From assembly GCA_963783575.1 (NCBI GenBank), contig CAWAOD010000015.1:128001-192000 (forward strand): a stretch of DNA of 64,000 nt, read 5' to 3'. Below the pieces are notes generated by a model. It ran no database searches, was not told the origin of the DNA, and saw only the letters and a list, made by a program, of their open reading frames with translations. Origin of the DNA: an uncultured Spirochaetota bacterium. GTDB taxonomy: Bacteria > Spirochaetota > Brevinematia > Brevinematales > JAOACQ01. The first letter of the stretch is position 1. Each line of letters begins with the position of its first letter. This document shows positions 30,471-40,869 of the stretch, in pieces. Position numbers and translations under genes: made by a program.

Positions 30471-32537
30471 ATGGAGGATACTATGACCGGAAAAATCAGT
30501 TTAAGATTGAAATTATTGGGTGTATTCCTGTTCGGGACATTCATATCCATCCTTGGCATAGGATTGATAGCCTATTTTATATCTCATAATATAGTGACAT
30601 CTATGGCAAATGCCGAAATTGATGATTTAACCCAATCATTTTTCGGCTCAGCCAAGGCTGCGTACTCAATCAGCCAGAATATGCTGTCGAATAATATAAT
30701 TATAGCGGAATCCTTGATTAAAAATAGAATTGAGCTGGACGCAAAAAAAACCGTGACCATCCAGGTTGTGAACCAGGCCAGTATGGAAGAAAAAAAGGAG
30801 ACAATCCCGCTAATGCTGATTAACGGAGATCCCGTAATTAGAGATACTTCGACTGTTGATGAAATAACTAAAACCTATGCTGAAATGGCTACGATTTTCC
30901 AGATTATACCTGAGGGTATGTTAAGGATCTCCACAACCGTTAGAAAACCCGACGGCTCAAGGGCGGTTGGAACCTATATTCCTTATGATTCACCCGTTTT
31001 TCAGTCTATTATTAAAGGGAATAGTTATATTGGAAGGGCTTTTATAGCTAATGACTGGTACAATACGGCATATAAACCCATATTTGATGATGATAATAAG
31101 GTAATTGGTGCGATGTTTATCGGGATTAAGATATCACAGACCGGCGTTCTGGCGTCCTTGAAGAAGGAATTGGGCTCTATCCGCATCGGGAAAAGCGGTT
31201 ATATGTATATAATAGATCCGAAAGGGACACTTCTGCTCCACCCTACTCAGGAAGGGAAAAATATTTACGATTCTGTGGATGCTAAAGGAAATTATTTTAT
31301 CAGGGAAATCTGCAGCAATAAAAACGGGACTATCATCTATCCATGGATGAATCCCGGTGAAAAAAAGCCCAGGGATAAGATTGTCATTTATAAATACTTT
31401 GAAGAAAATGATTGGATTATAGCATCAGGAGCTTATATCGATGAAATTTATTCTCCGATATATGTTCTTCAAAGAACAATGATCGTTGTCGGCATTATAG
31501 CCCTGATAATTGTGACAATCCTGGCAATTTTGCTTGCCAACTCGATAAGTAAACCGATAAATAAAATGACCGAGGACCTGTTTTCGTCTTCGAATAGCCT
31601 CGAATCGGCAGCAAATCAGGTTTCTTCATCCAGCCAGGAATTGTCCAGCGGCGCAAGCGAACTGGCCTCATCCGTTGAGGAAATGACTTCCTCGCTTGAG
31701 GAACTTCAGTCCATAATCGAATCAACCACAAAGAATATAAACGAAGCCGAACTTATGATGAAGAATACAATGGAAGGTTCCAGGGATGTTACTGCTAAAA
31801 TGAATGGTATGCAGAATGCTATGACAGATATAAGTGATAACAGCAGGAAAATAGCCAAGATTATTAAGGTAATTGATGACATAGCTTTTCAGACAAACAT
31901 TCTGGCACTCAACGCGGCAGTGGAAGCGGCGAGGGCGGGTGATGCCGGCAGGGGGTTCGCAGTAGTTGCCGAGCAGGTTAAAAACCTCGCGCAGAAGAGC
32001 GCGGATGCCGCAAAAGAAACCGCAGATCTTATCGACAAGGCCGGGATAAGCGTCAACCATGGCGAAAAAATCGGCAAAGAAGTTCAGGATGTTCAATTAA
32101 AAGCCGGCGAAATGGCGCAGAAGGTAGGAAATCTGCTTGACGAGGTGAACAGGGCGGCCAAAGAGGAATTAAAAGGGGCAAATCAGATAACAAAGGCCGT
32201 AAGCCAGATCAATACAGTTGTCCAGGGAACCGCCGCCACTTCCGAAGAAAGCGCTTCCGCCGGAGAGGAACTTCTATCCCAGGCGGAAATGCTCAAGGGG
32301 GTTGTTGTAAATCTTAATGAACTTGTTATGGGAAGCGAATCACAAAAAAAGGCTTTTGAAAAAAGGGAAATTAAAGATAATGAAAAAAAGGCTCCCGGGA
32401 AAAGGGTTGAATTGATCAGCCGGAATACCGCGCCCAAACAGGAAGTACGGTCCATCCAGTTATCACATAAAGATGATGATGTGGAAATAATTAAGCCTGA
32501 AGATAAAATACCTCTGCAGGATTTTAAGGACTTTTAG
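30471..32537 (+). CDS. Methyl-accepting chemotaxis protein with Cache sensor domains
   Basis: TM-Cache-TM layout, [20 protein letters not shown] tip, C-terminal pentapeptide DFKDF (CheR tether-like). Confidence 0.95.
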   Translation: MEDTMTGKISLRLKLLGVFLFGTFISILGIGLIAYFISHNIVTSMANAEIDDLTQSFFGSAKAAYSISQNMLSNNIIIAESLIKNRIELDAKKTVTIQVVNQASMEEKKETIPLMLINGDPVIRDTSTVDEITKTYAEMATIFQIIPEGMLRISTTVRKPDGSRAVGTYIPYDSPVFQSIIKGNSYIGRAFIANDWYNTAYKPIFDDDNKVIGAMFIGIKISQTGVLASLKKELGSIRIGKSGYMYIIDPKGTLLLHPTQEGKNIYDSVDAKGNYFIREICSNKNGTIIYPWMNPGEKKPRDKIVIYKYFEENDWIIASGAYIDEIYSPIYVLQRTMIVVGIIALIIVTILAILLANSISKPINKMTEDLFSSSNSLESAANQVSSSSQELSSGASELASSVEEMTSSLEELQSIIESTTKNINEAELMMKNTMEGSRDVTAKMNGMQNAMTDISDNSRKIAKIIKVIDDIAFQTNILALNAAVEAARAGDAGRGFAVVAEQVKNLAQKSADAAKETADLIDKAGISVNHGEKIGKEVQDVQLKAGEMAQKVGNLLDEVNRAAKEELKGANQITKAVSQINTVVQGTAATSEESASAGEELLSQAEMLKGVVVNLNELVMGSESQKKAFEKREIKDNEKKAPGKRVELISRNTAPKQEVRSIQLSHKDDDVEIIKPEDKIPLQDFKDF

Positions 32538-32544
32538 TAAGCTT

Positions 32545-32592
32545 TTCGACCTGTCTGCCGTCTACCTGCCGGAGATCCCGGCGTAGGCAGGC
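32545..32592. repeat. 48-bp dispersed GC-rich palindromic repeat, copy 1
   Basis: 47 of 48 bases identical to 45579-45626. Confidence 0.85.
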
Positions 32593-32603
32593 TTTGACGA
32601 ATG

Positions 32604-32667
32604 GGCAGCATTAAGCTGCCTCAGGCGGAGACGGGTATCCCTGCCTTTGCCTGAGGTTTTTGCTGCC
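32604..32667 (+). terminator. Large stem-loop after the che operon; probable terminator
   Basis: cctcaggc (32619-26) pairs with gcctgagg (32649-56), followed by ttttt; outer ggcagca/tgctgcc pair. Confidence 0.5.
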
Positions 32668-32672
32668 GAACT

Positions 32673-32701
32673 TTGACAATTCTTCAGAAAAAATGTAAAA
32701 T
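32673..32701 (+). promoter_or_regulatory. Sigma70 promoter of the ABC-F gene
   Basis: TTGACA-17-TAAAAT. Confidence 0.7.
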
Positions 32702-32720
32702 AAAATAACTTTTCAAGAAC

Positions 32721-32850
32721 AGGAGAGAAACAAGCGATGCAACAATAAACCTTTGTATACCTGGTTTAAAGGCATTTAAATGCCTTCTTATGTTATTTAA
32801 GCCCGTATAATAAATTTTATCACGGGCATCGCCAGAGTATGGAGGATTGT
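32721..32850 (+). promoter_or_regulatory. Candidate translational attenuator with uORF MQQ*
   Basis: AGGAG (32721-25), ATG CAA CAA TAA (32737-48), anti-SD segment 32750-64 complementary to 32832-45, plus alternative hairpins. Confidence 0.6.
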
Positions 32851-34470
32851 ATGCCGCTTATTACGCTCCGATCAGTTTATTTTCATTATGATTCGACTTT
32901 TAAAGAAATCTTTACGGGACTTGACCTGGCTATTGATACGTCCTGGAAAACCGGAATAGTAGGCAGAAACGGGTGCGGGAAAACTACGCTTCTTCGCCTG
33001 ATTTCGGGAAGCCTGGAGCCGGTTAATGGAAGCATAAATGTTCCTGTGAAGACCGCTTATTTTCCTTATTCTTTGCCTGATGAGTCGCTTTTTGTGTTTT
33101 CTGTCATAAAAAACTCGATTGCACCATATTCAGCCTGGGAAAAAGAAATGAATAGTTTACTTGAAAACGGAGATGGTGCAAGCATCGAACGCTACAATGA
33201 AGTTCTGGACATCTATTCTGAATCCGGGGGATATGAAATTGACGGCCTGATCGAAAAAGAAGGCAGAAAAATGGGGCTTGACCGTGATTTTATGGAAAGG
33301 GATTTCAGTAACTTAAACAGCGGAGAAAAAACCCGCTGCATGATTGTGGCTTTGTTTCTGAAGAGTAATTCCCTTCCTCTGCTGGATGAACCTGCCAACC
33401 ACCTGGATATGAAAGGCAGGGAAAAGCTTGGGGAATATTTAGCAAAACAGAAAGGATTCATCCTGGTTTCCCATGACCGTTATTTTCTGGATATCTGCCT
33501 GGACCATACCATTGCTATTGAGAAAGCCGGCGTCAGTATCTGCAAAGGGAATTATAGCCGGTGGAAAGAGAACCGTGATAGAATTGAAGCTTATGAAATT
33601 CGCAGGAATAAGAATATTAAAAGCGAATTGGTTCACCTGAAAGAATCCGCGGAAAAGAGGAGGAATTGGTCCCATGCCTCAGAAAAGGAAAAGACCGGCA
33701 AAGCCGGTCACAGTGGTTCAATAGACAAAGGCTACCTCAGCGCGGTATCATCAAGGATTATGAAACGTGCCGTTGTGATGGAAAACAGAATGGACAGGAT
33801 GATCGGTGAGAAAAAAAAACTCCTTAAAAATCTGGAGAAAAAAAGACATCTTAAATTGGACAGGATTGAATCCTGTCCGGATCTTCTTCTTCTGGCCGAT
33901 CATATCTCTGCCGGGTACGGAGAGAAACCGGTAATCCGGGACATTTCTTTGACAATCCGTCAAAATGACCGTCTGGCAGTCATCGGCGGCAACGGATCGG
34001 GTAAAACAACATTATTGAAATCCATGATGGGTAAAATACCGGTTTTATCTGGAAACGTTTACATTCCAGGACATATTAAGCTGGAAATACTTTCTCAAAA
34101 TCCCGAATGGACTGATAGCTATCTCGCGGACCGGCTGGAAATGGAAGGGATTGATCCCGTTAAATTCAGGAATATTGCCGCGTCGATGGGAATTTCCGGG
34201 GATATTTCCGGCAAGAAAATAGATGATTTCAGCGACGGTGAAAGAAAAAAAATTGAGCTCTGCCATTCTTTCTTAAAGCCTTTCCACCTGCTATTATGGG
34301 ATGAACCCCTAAACGGCATTGATCTTGCGGGGAGGGAACAGCTTGAGGAAGTGATTCTATTATATCGGCCGACGATGCTTTTCATTGAACACGACCGTTA
34401 TTTTGTCGAGAAAATCGCGACTGGTATTATTGAACTTGAAAATAATAAATATTTGAATTTCATTGCGTAA
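32851..34470 (+). CDS. ABC-F ATPase, Lsa-like ribosomal protection family
   Basis: Two NBDs and no TM segments (GRNGCGKT; GGNGSGKT); IDTSWKTG and LWDEPLN resemble Lsa-family sequences; long inter-NBD linker. Confidence 0.8.
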   Translation: MPLITLRSVYFHYDSTFKEIFTGLDLAIDTSWKTGIVGRNGCGKTTLLRLISGSLEPVNGSINVPVKTAYFPYSLPDESLFVFSVIKNSIAPYSAWEKEMNSLLENGDGASIERYNEVLDIYSESGGYEIDGLIEKEGRKMGLDRDFMERDFSNLNSGEKTRCMIVALFLKSNSLPLLDEPANHLDMKGREKLGEYLAKQKGFILVSHDRYFLDICLDHTIAIEKAGVSICKGNYSRWKENRDRIEAYEIRRNKNIKSELVHLKESAEKRRNWSHASEKEKTGKAGHSGSIDKGYLSAVSSRIMKRAVVMENRMDRMIGEKKKLLKNLEKKRHLKLDRIESCPDLLLLADHISAGYGEKPVIRDISLTIRQNDRLAVIGGNGSGKTTLLKSMMGKIPVLSGNVYIPGHIKLEILSQNPEWTDSYLADRLEMEGIDPVKFRNIAASMGISGDISGKKIDDFSDGERKKIELCHSFLKPFHLLLWDEPLNGIDLAGREQLEEVILLYRPTMLFIEHDRYFVEKIATGIIELENNKYLNFIA

Positions 34471-34756
34471 TAATGAGCTGAAGTATTATATATACTGTAT
34501 ATAGAAATCTAATTACAAAATAAAATCAGCTTCAAATGATATTCAATTAAAAACTGGTCAATAATTTCCCCTCCAGCGGAGGGGCTAGGAAATAACTTTT
34601 AGCAAGGAATCGCTCAAAAGATTCACCATGTGCCTGCCTTTGTCGATATTATAGAATAAAAAATAGTCTAAAGTCAGGTTGCCGGTTTACCGGTTAGTAG
34701 CTATTATTGATTTGTACCAAGCTTAATGACCGGCTTTTGTCAAAAGGGAGGATTTC

Positions 34757-35392
34757 ATGAAAATAATGGAAAATGTTTATGCGCTGGATTCTACCGGAGG
34801 TTCTTACTGCTATATTATCAGGAATGGCGAAACAATCCTTATCGATACCTGCTTCCCGGGAAAAGGTAAAGCCATTCTGGCCGAACTCAAATCTATGGGA
34901 ATTGAACCGGCTGATGTTAAACATATTTTTATTACTCACAATGACATCGATCATATCGGCAACGCCTCGATGCTTCAGAAGGCGACAAACGCGCTTCTAT
35001 GGGCTTCGAAGGAAGATATTCCTTATATAAATGGAGAAATAAAGCGGCCGGGAACAAAGAAAATTTTATCAACCCTGATAAAAATTGAGGTACCCGAGAA
35101 ACTTAATCCTTATCCTGAAAATCAAAAAATCGGCGATATTCAAATAATTCCGACACCGGGGCATACTCCGGGGCATGTGTGCCTTCTTTACAGGAATGTG
35201 CTTTTTGCCGGCGATCTTGTTGTCGGATCAAAAGGGAAATTGATGCCTTCTCCGTGGTTTATGACCTGGAATAAAAATATCTTAAGGGAATCAATAGAAA
35301 AAATGGCCGGTTATTCTTTCAAATGGGTTTGCCCCGCGCATGGCAAGCCCATCGAAAGAGGCGATTTATGGGAAAAAATATATAAACAATAA
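34757..35392 (+). CDS. MBL-fold metallo-hydrolase (cytoplasmic)
   Basis: LIDT, THNDIDH, PGHTPGH, AGD, PAHG; no signal peptide. Confidence 0.88.
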   Translation: MKIMENVYALDSTGGSYCYIIRNGETILIDTCFPGKGKAILAELKSMGIEPADVKHIFITHNDIDHIGNASMLQKATNALLWASKEDIPYINGEIKRPGTKKILSTLIKIEVPEKLNPYPENQKIGDIQIIPTPGHTPGHVCLLYRNVLFAGDLVVGSKGKLMPSPWFMTWNKNILRESIEKMAGYSFKWVCPAHGKPIERGDLWEKIYKQ

Positions 35393-35431
35393 AGGGAATT
35401 ACAAAATACATCCTCGCCGGTTATGTTTTCT

Positions 35432-36979
35432 TTACTTTTCCATTGTTCCGGTAAGCTCCTGCCGCCATTCTCCAATCGTCGATTCTACCGTCATTCTGAG
35501 TATGTCTTGATCAAATTGGAATGTCAACCGAATTTTACTGCTGTCAACCCAGGGTCTGTAAAATTCCATTTCAAAAGTATTTTCACCGGTCCATTTACCG
35601 CGATAAAACTCCTTATTATTTAAATCATTTTCTAATCTATTTTCACGGTATTTCCCATCCAATCCGACTTGAAATTTGTACTCGCTATATGAATATTCTT
35701 CTTTACATATACATTCACTGGAACCATTGAAATTCATGATGATGGTTTTCATATTCCAAGGATTTGAATCAAGAATATATTTTTTACCGGAAATTTTATT
35801 CGCCATTTCAGGAACAGTAAAATTCATATCATTTGTTGGATTCTCAAAATTTCGGATATTAGCTGCAAGTTCCGCATTTTGTGAAATGTTTTCAGGAATA
35901 CTGCCGCTTGAAACAATAGATTTGTTTATATATTCTTCAGTCAGATTACTCAAAATCTGCCAATGAATTTTATTATCAATAGAGGCAGTAATTACGACCA
36001 CCATATCCCTTTCAGGCACCACCATTATTTGCTGGCCGCAATAGCCATCCGCCGTAAATCCGCCAAAAGGCAGCCCCCACCACAGGAATCCATAACCCTG
36101 GTCCGGTATAGCTCCCATTGATACTTTAATATGCTCGGTCATGGATTTTAAAACCCAATCGGAGGGTACAACCTGTTTCCCATTCCAATTTCCTTTTTTT
36201 AAATATAGATAACCGAACCTGGCCATTTCCATTGGAGTCATCGCCAGTCCCCATCCTCCGATATAAACTCCCTGCGAATCCATCTGCCAATAGTAATTGG
36301 TAATACCGATCGGTTTGAAGAGAAATTTATCGGCAAACCACCTATTTTCTATGCCGCTGGTTTTTTGTATAATAGCCATAAGAAGGTTTACTCCTCCGGA
36401 ATTATAATTAAAAAATTCACCTGGCTGCTTTTTCACAGGGAGGTCAAGGAAATATTGCGTCCAGCTGATGGATTTCATATAATCATCAATATTCGAGTCC
36501 CAGATACCCCATTCGATACCCGAACTCATTGTAAGCAGGTGTTCAATTGTTATCTGCCGTTTATTATCATCCATATTTTTTATTTTCTGATCGGAAAAGA
36601 TATCAACGACCTTTTGATCCAGACTTTTAATATAGCCTTCTCTTATCGCGATTCCGACAAGGGATGATGTGAAGCTCTTTGTGCCTGAATGAAGGGTATG
36701 CAAAACATCCTTTCCGAAAGGTTCCGCGTAAGCTTCCATAACGACATAGCCATGCCGGATAATAATTATGCTGTGTACATTCATATCATTCGATTGAATA
36801 TCATTCAAAAGCTTAACAAGATACCCCGAATCCATACCCTGCGCTTCCAGAGTGGAAGTCCGCCAGGTTTCGGCAGGCCAGTATTCACTTGTATCGGTAG
36901 CATGGATAGGCATAACAAAAAAAACGAAAAAACCTAATATCAGAATTATTTTCGGGGTCTTACTTCTGAATGTTTTCAT
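35432..36979 (-). CDS. Secreted serine hydrolase (beta-lactamase class C/AmpC-like fold)
   Basis: Signal peptide, SGTKS (SxxK), HLLTMSSG, YNS, YGFLWW; extra C-terminal domain. Confidence 0.85.
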   Translation of the reverse strand: MKTFRSKTPKIILILGFFVFFVMPIHATDTSEYWPAETWRTSTLEAQGMDSGYLVKLLNDIQSNDMNVHSIIIIRHGYVVMEAYAEPFGKDVLHTLHSGTKSFTSSLVGIAIREGYIKSLDQKVVDIFSDQKIKNMDDNKRQITIEHLLTMSSGIEWGIWDSNIDDYMKSISWTQYFLDLPVKKQPGEFFNYNSGGVNLLMAIIQKTSGIENRWFADKFLFKPIGITNYYWQMDSQGVYIGGWGLAMTPMEMARFGYLYLKKGNWNGKQVVPSDWVLKSMTEHIKVSMGAIPDQGYGFLWWGLPFGGFTADGYCGQQIMVVPERDMVVVITASIDNKIHWQILSNLTEEYINKSIVSSGSIPENISQNAELAANIRNFENPTNDMNFTVPEMANKISGKKYILDSNPWNMKTIIMNFNGSSECICKEEYSYSEYKFQVGLDGKYRENRLENDLNNKEFYRGKWTGENTFEMEFYRPWVDSSKIRLTFQFDQDILRMTVESTIGEWRQELTGTMEK

Positions 36980-37109
36980 GTTTTTATCCCTCCAATCAGG
37001 TGAACTGGAGCGTTGCGCAAATACAGCTTTTAACCCGGCAAACCAACTAACAATGGGAACAAGGATGTTCCATGAGAGCTGCTGTTTAAGTCATATAGAC
37101 TGCCGAGCA

Positions 37110-38606
37110 TCAGCTATGCGGCGCAAGGATTGCGCTAAGTACTACTTTTACCTTCATATTGACGCCCTTCGGAAGAGTAATATAGCATTCCTTTGCATTG
37201 AAATTCTTCCATTCTTTACCATCGATTTCAACCTTTTTCAGGATCACATTCCGGTCTTCTACAGGTTTGACATAGTGCTTTTCTCCTGCACGATCCGTAC
37301 TTAACCTGAAATAAATCTCCGCATCCGTCTTCCGGACATAAAAACTCAGGTAAAGATAATTGAACGGGGCATGTTCCATTGTATGGTATGCTGATTTATA
37401 GAGGTTGCCTTTCGGCTGAGTAGCGCTGCTTTCACCGTCTCTGGCTGTTGAATTAACATCTTTATATTTATGATCCAGCATATATGTATCCCAGAAATAA
37501 GCGGTTTCCTTGAATTTCTGCAGGTATTCCTGATTTGCGGTTAAATGGTAAAGGTTCAGCATCAAAAAGTTGCCTTCGGTCTGGGTCCACCAGTCCTTAT
37601 AATCCCAGGTGAACTCGGGTCTTGTTGAAATAAACTGGTATATCCATCCCCAATACCTCTTATCCCAAAATCTTTTCAATTGTACATCCGCTATTCCAAG
37701 GGCTGCATTAGCATAATTTGTATTCCCTGTAAGCCAGTAAATGCGCATTAAAACCCAGCCGGTTTTAAGGTTATGCCCGACTATCAAATTCGATTCAACG
37801 GAGAACCAGTTTTCACCGAATCTCTCCCCGACAAAACCGGTTTCGGGATCTATCATATGATTTATAACAACATTAGCAACATTTGTCAGGTCTATTAAAA
37901 GTCTGTTGTCCCTTGTCGCAAGGTAATAATAAATAAGATAAGCGGTACAAGTGTCGATTTGGGAATTGAAAGATTTCTCGAAACTGGTCTTCATCCAGTT
38001 TGTGCTGACCATGGCGTAATAACCTCCGCGATTTGTATCCCATGCCCTGTTATCAATCAAATAATGAGTTTTTTCCACATAGGATAGCGCATTTTTGTCG
38101 CCTGTAACGAAATAATAAATAGTAGGGCCGAGATTCCCGTATGTTTCATCGAAAAGATTCTTATTTAAAACATTGCTAATTGTGTTATTGGTATGAATAT
38201 ATTCATGCCAGCCTCCGTTTACCCTGTCCCATCCGTAATTCGTTAGATAATCCAGTCCGTATCCGGCATATTCAAGATATTTATCGTCTCCGGATAAAAG
38301 ATAAGCCGTGCTGAAGCCGTAAACAATCCTGGACAGCATCCTTGGATACTTCCCGATTTCCGGGTCAACGGTACCGTCGAACATAACATCGGTAAAATAT
38401 CCCCCGTTTTTTTTATCCCTTGTTTTCTCCCAGAATGGTATGATATCATTGAGCGCCTGCTGTTTCCAGTAATTCGGGTTTAAATAAATATCCAGGTCGG
38501 CGTTTTTCCTTTTATTAAAATCATAGCCGTAAGTTTCAAATGAGCATGAAGAGATATTACCAAAAAAGATAACTGCTGTGATAATCAGAAAACATTTTCT
38601 TTTCAT
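37110..38606 (-). CDS. AGE/cellobiose 2-epimerase family protein, predicted lipoprotein
   Basis: IIPFW, RMLSR, WDRVNGGW, GHNLK, WWTQTE, YH; N-terminal signal ending ISSC. Confidence 0.8.
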   Translation of the reverse strand: MKRKCFLIITAVIFFGNISSCSFETYGYDFNKRKNADLDIYLNPNYWKQQALNDIIPFWEKTRDKKNGGYFTDVMFDGTVDPEIGKYPRMLSRIVYGFSTAYLLSGDDKYLEYAGYGLDYLTNYGWDRVNGGWHEYIHTNNTISNVLNKNLFDETYGNLGPTIYYFVTGDKNALSYVEKTHYLIDNRAWDTNRGGYYAMVSTNWMKTSFEKSFNSQIDTCTAYLIYYYLATRDNRLLIDLTNVANVVINHMIDPETGFVGERFGENWFSVESNLIVGHNLKTGWVLMRIYWLTGNTNYANAALGIADVQLKRFWDKRYWGWIYQFISTRPEFTWDYKDWWTQTEGNFLMLNLYHLTANQEYLQKFKETAYFWDTYMLDHKYKDVNSTARDGESSATQPKGNLYKSAYHTMEHAPFNYLYLSFYVRKTDAEIYFRLSTDRAGEKHYVKPVEDRNVILKKVEIDGKEWKNFNAKECYITLPKGVNMKVKVVLSAILAPHS

Positions 38607-38618
38607 AATGAGCCCTCC

Positions 38619-40740
38619 TCAACTTTTTAAGCCTGATGTTAAGCTTTCGATAAACTGGCGCTGAAATTTTATAAAAAATGCTAAAGGCACAATAATGGTA
38701 ATAAAACCCGCTGCCAGAAGTGTGCTGGCATTCCCGTAGATACCCCCTCCAATTATCATTATCTTAAGCGGTAGTGTGAATAATTTTTCGTTTCTTAAAA
38801 TAACAATCGGCAATAAGAAGTCATTCCATACGGCCCGGAATTGTATAATTGCGAGTGTAGCCATGGCGGGTTTTGCCAGAGGCAAAACCACATGCCACCA
38901 TGTTTGAAAGTGGCTGGCCCCATCCATCCTGGCCGATTCGATAAATGAAGTTGGTATTTTGATAAAATACTGGCGCAGGAGAAAAATACCGAGCCCTGAT
39001 ATTGAGCTGTACAAAATCAAACCAAACCAGTTATTTAAAAGGTTTAAGTTACTCATTACTTTATAAATAGAAACAATCAGTGTATTTGTCGGGATCATCA
39101 TAGTGCCGATTGCCAAAAAAAAGAAAAAGTTTTTGCCCGGATACTTGATAAATGCAAAGGCATAGGCGCATAGTGAGCATATTGCCAGTGTTAATAAAAT
39201 TGTGGAGACGGTAATAAAAAGTGAATTCATCATTGCCCGGCCTATATTCCAATAAAGGAAAATTGAAAGATAAGCGTCTCTTGTATATGTTCTCACAGCC
39301 TCCCATATTGGTTTTTGAAACATTATTGGAGGAGTCTGCAATACTTCCAGTGAAGGCCTTAAGGAAGCGTCAAAAAGCCAGACTAAAGGATATAGAAATA
39401 TCACCGCCAAGATACTTAACAGGGCGGCGGTTATGACAGGCCTTAACCTGATTCTATTCCTTACTTTTACTATTTTTGCCGTTAATATTGAATGTACCTT
39501 TTCCAGAGACGGTTTTTCCAGGAAATAATATGATATGGTCGCTACGATATATGAAACAACCACAAGAACTGTTGACGCCTCAAACCATTCTTTCCAATCT
39601 TTTAGGTAAAATGAATAGGCATAGTTGTTAAACCAAAACAAGCTGATAAGTTGCAGCACCAGCCAATGCCATATATAAAGCCCGAATGATATTTTGGCGG
39701 TAAATCTAAAGAACCGGTTGTCCATAAACTTCCCCGTCCATTTTGAGTGGGCGAGCGATACAAGAAGGCCGGCTATTAAGATTGTCAGAAACGGGAAATA
39801 ATAAGGCTGATGCTGAAGACTGAAGCCGAATTCTTTAACATACTTCATATTCCATAAAAGAAGGATGATTGAGATAATGAAAATAATTGAAAGTATGTCA
39901 AAACCGTTTTTTTTATAAAATCTTTCTTTAATTTCCGAAGGCTGTATTAAGCGTAAAGTAAATCCGGCGGCCATAATCCCTAAGGCGAATTGCCCGAAAA
40001 ATCCTATTGGATTGTAATTCGGCATCCAGCTTTTACTTCCCCCGGCAAGCCCGAATTCCCATCCCTTCCTGATATTGTCAGGTGTTAAAAACTGATGAAT
40101 TAATCCGTTTACCCCGATCACAAAGATTTCAACACCAACCCAGAAAAAGAATCGCTTTCAGGAAAGACCTTTTTTTTCCGGTGAAAAAGAATAATACGGC
40201 CATAAACAAAGGGAGAAGGAAATAACAAAAAACTTCAAAGCTAATAGACCATAACGGGCTGTCAAGTATTGACGGGAAAAGTGTCGTATAGTGAAATCCT
40301 GATGTAAAGGTAAGACCGGTTAAGAGCTTTCGCCAGAAATATTCCATTTTTGGTACTGGTGCATTAATCATATATGAATTGGGCAACAGCACGAATGACA
40401 GCACTAAAGCGGTAAAAAAAGCTGCATAATAACCCGGCATTATTCTGGCCGCCCTTCTTAAAAAGAAATTCTTCAGGCTTGGGAAAGTGCCGTTATAAAG
40501 ATATTGTTTCCAGAATGGATAAGCCAGAAGATACCCGCTCAATACGAAAAAGAAGCTTACACCGCTATTGCCGAGTAAAAAAAATGCAATGATATTCTGT
40601 AAAAAATCCGGCTGGGGCATTCTATCTATACGCTGAGCCATATGGTGGCATATGACAAGCAAACATGCTATAGCTCTAACGCCATCAGCTCCTGCAAGAG
40701 TATTTGTTTGTTTTACTGCCGAAATATTCTGATTATTCAC
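38619..40740 (-). CDS. Acyltransferase-3 domain fused to a carbohydrate ABC permease (MalG-type), frameshift near 40145
   Basis: AT3 N-part (DGVRAIA, GVSFFFVLSGY, RRAARI, LWSISFE) in 40129-40740; AT3 C-part (SFGLYIWH, SYYFLEKP) and permease (ESARMDGA, WNDF) lie in one uninterrupted ORF 38619-40121; AGGAGG-GTG start at 40740. Confidence 0.8.
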
Positions 40741-40760
40741 TTTTTTCCTCCTTAATATTC

Positions 40761-40855
40761 TCCCCTCCAGTAGGAGGGGATTGGGGGTCGTCTCGTTCCC
40801 GAGTTTACAGCACACTATCGAGGGAACCCACCCCTATCCCCTCCGAGGAAGGGGA
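40761..40855. repeat. Pair of REP-like hairpins (tcccctcc...agggga)
   Basis: tcccctccagtaggagggga at 40761-80 and tcccctccgaggaagggga ending at 40855; a related hairpin lies near 34567-34585. Confidence 0.55.
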
Positions 40856-40869
40856 AATAATAGCCGTAT

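Noticed and set aside
32851..36979. Resistance island made of ABC-F, metallo-beta-lactamase and class C beta-lactamase
   Set aside because: The MBL-fold protein has no signal peptide and has HNDIDH instead of HxHxDH; the serine hydrolase is a generic SxxK family member; no mobility marks flank the block
36985..37110. Riboswitch upstream of the serine hydrolase
   Set aside because: There are short hairpins, but no recognisable aptamer consensus
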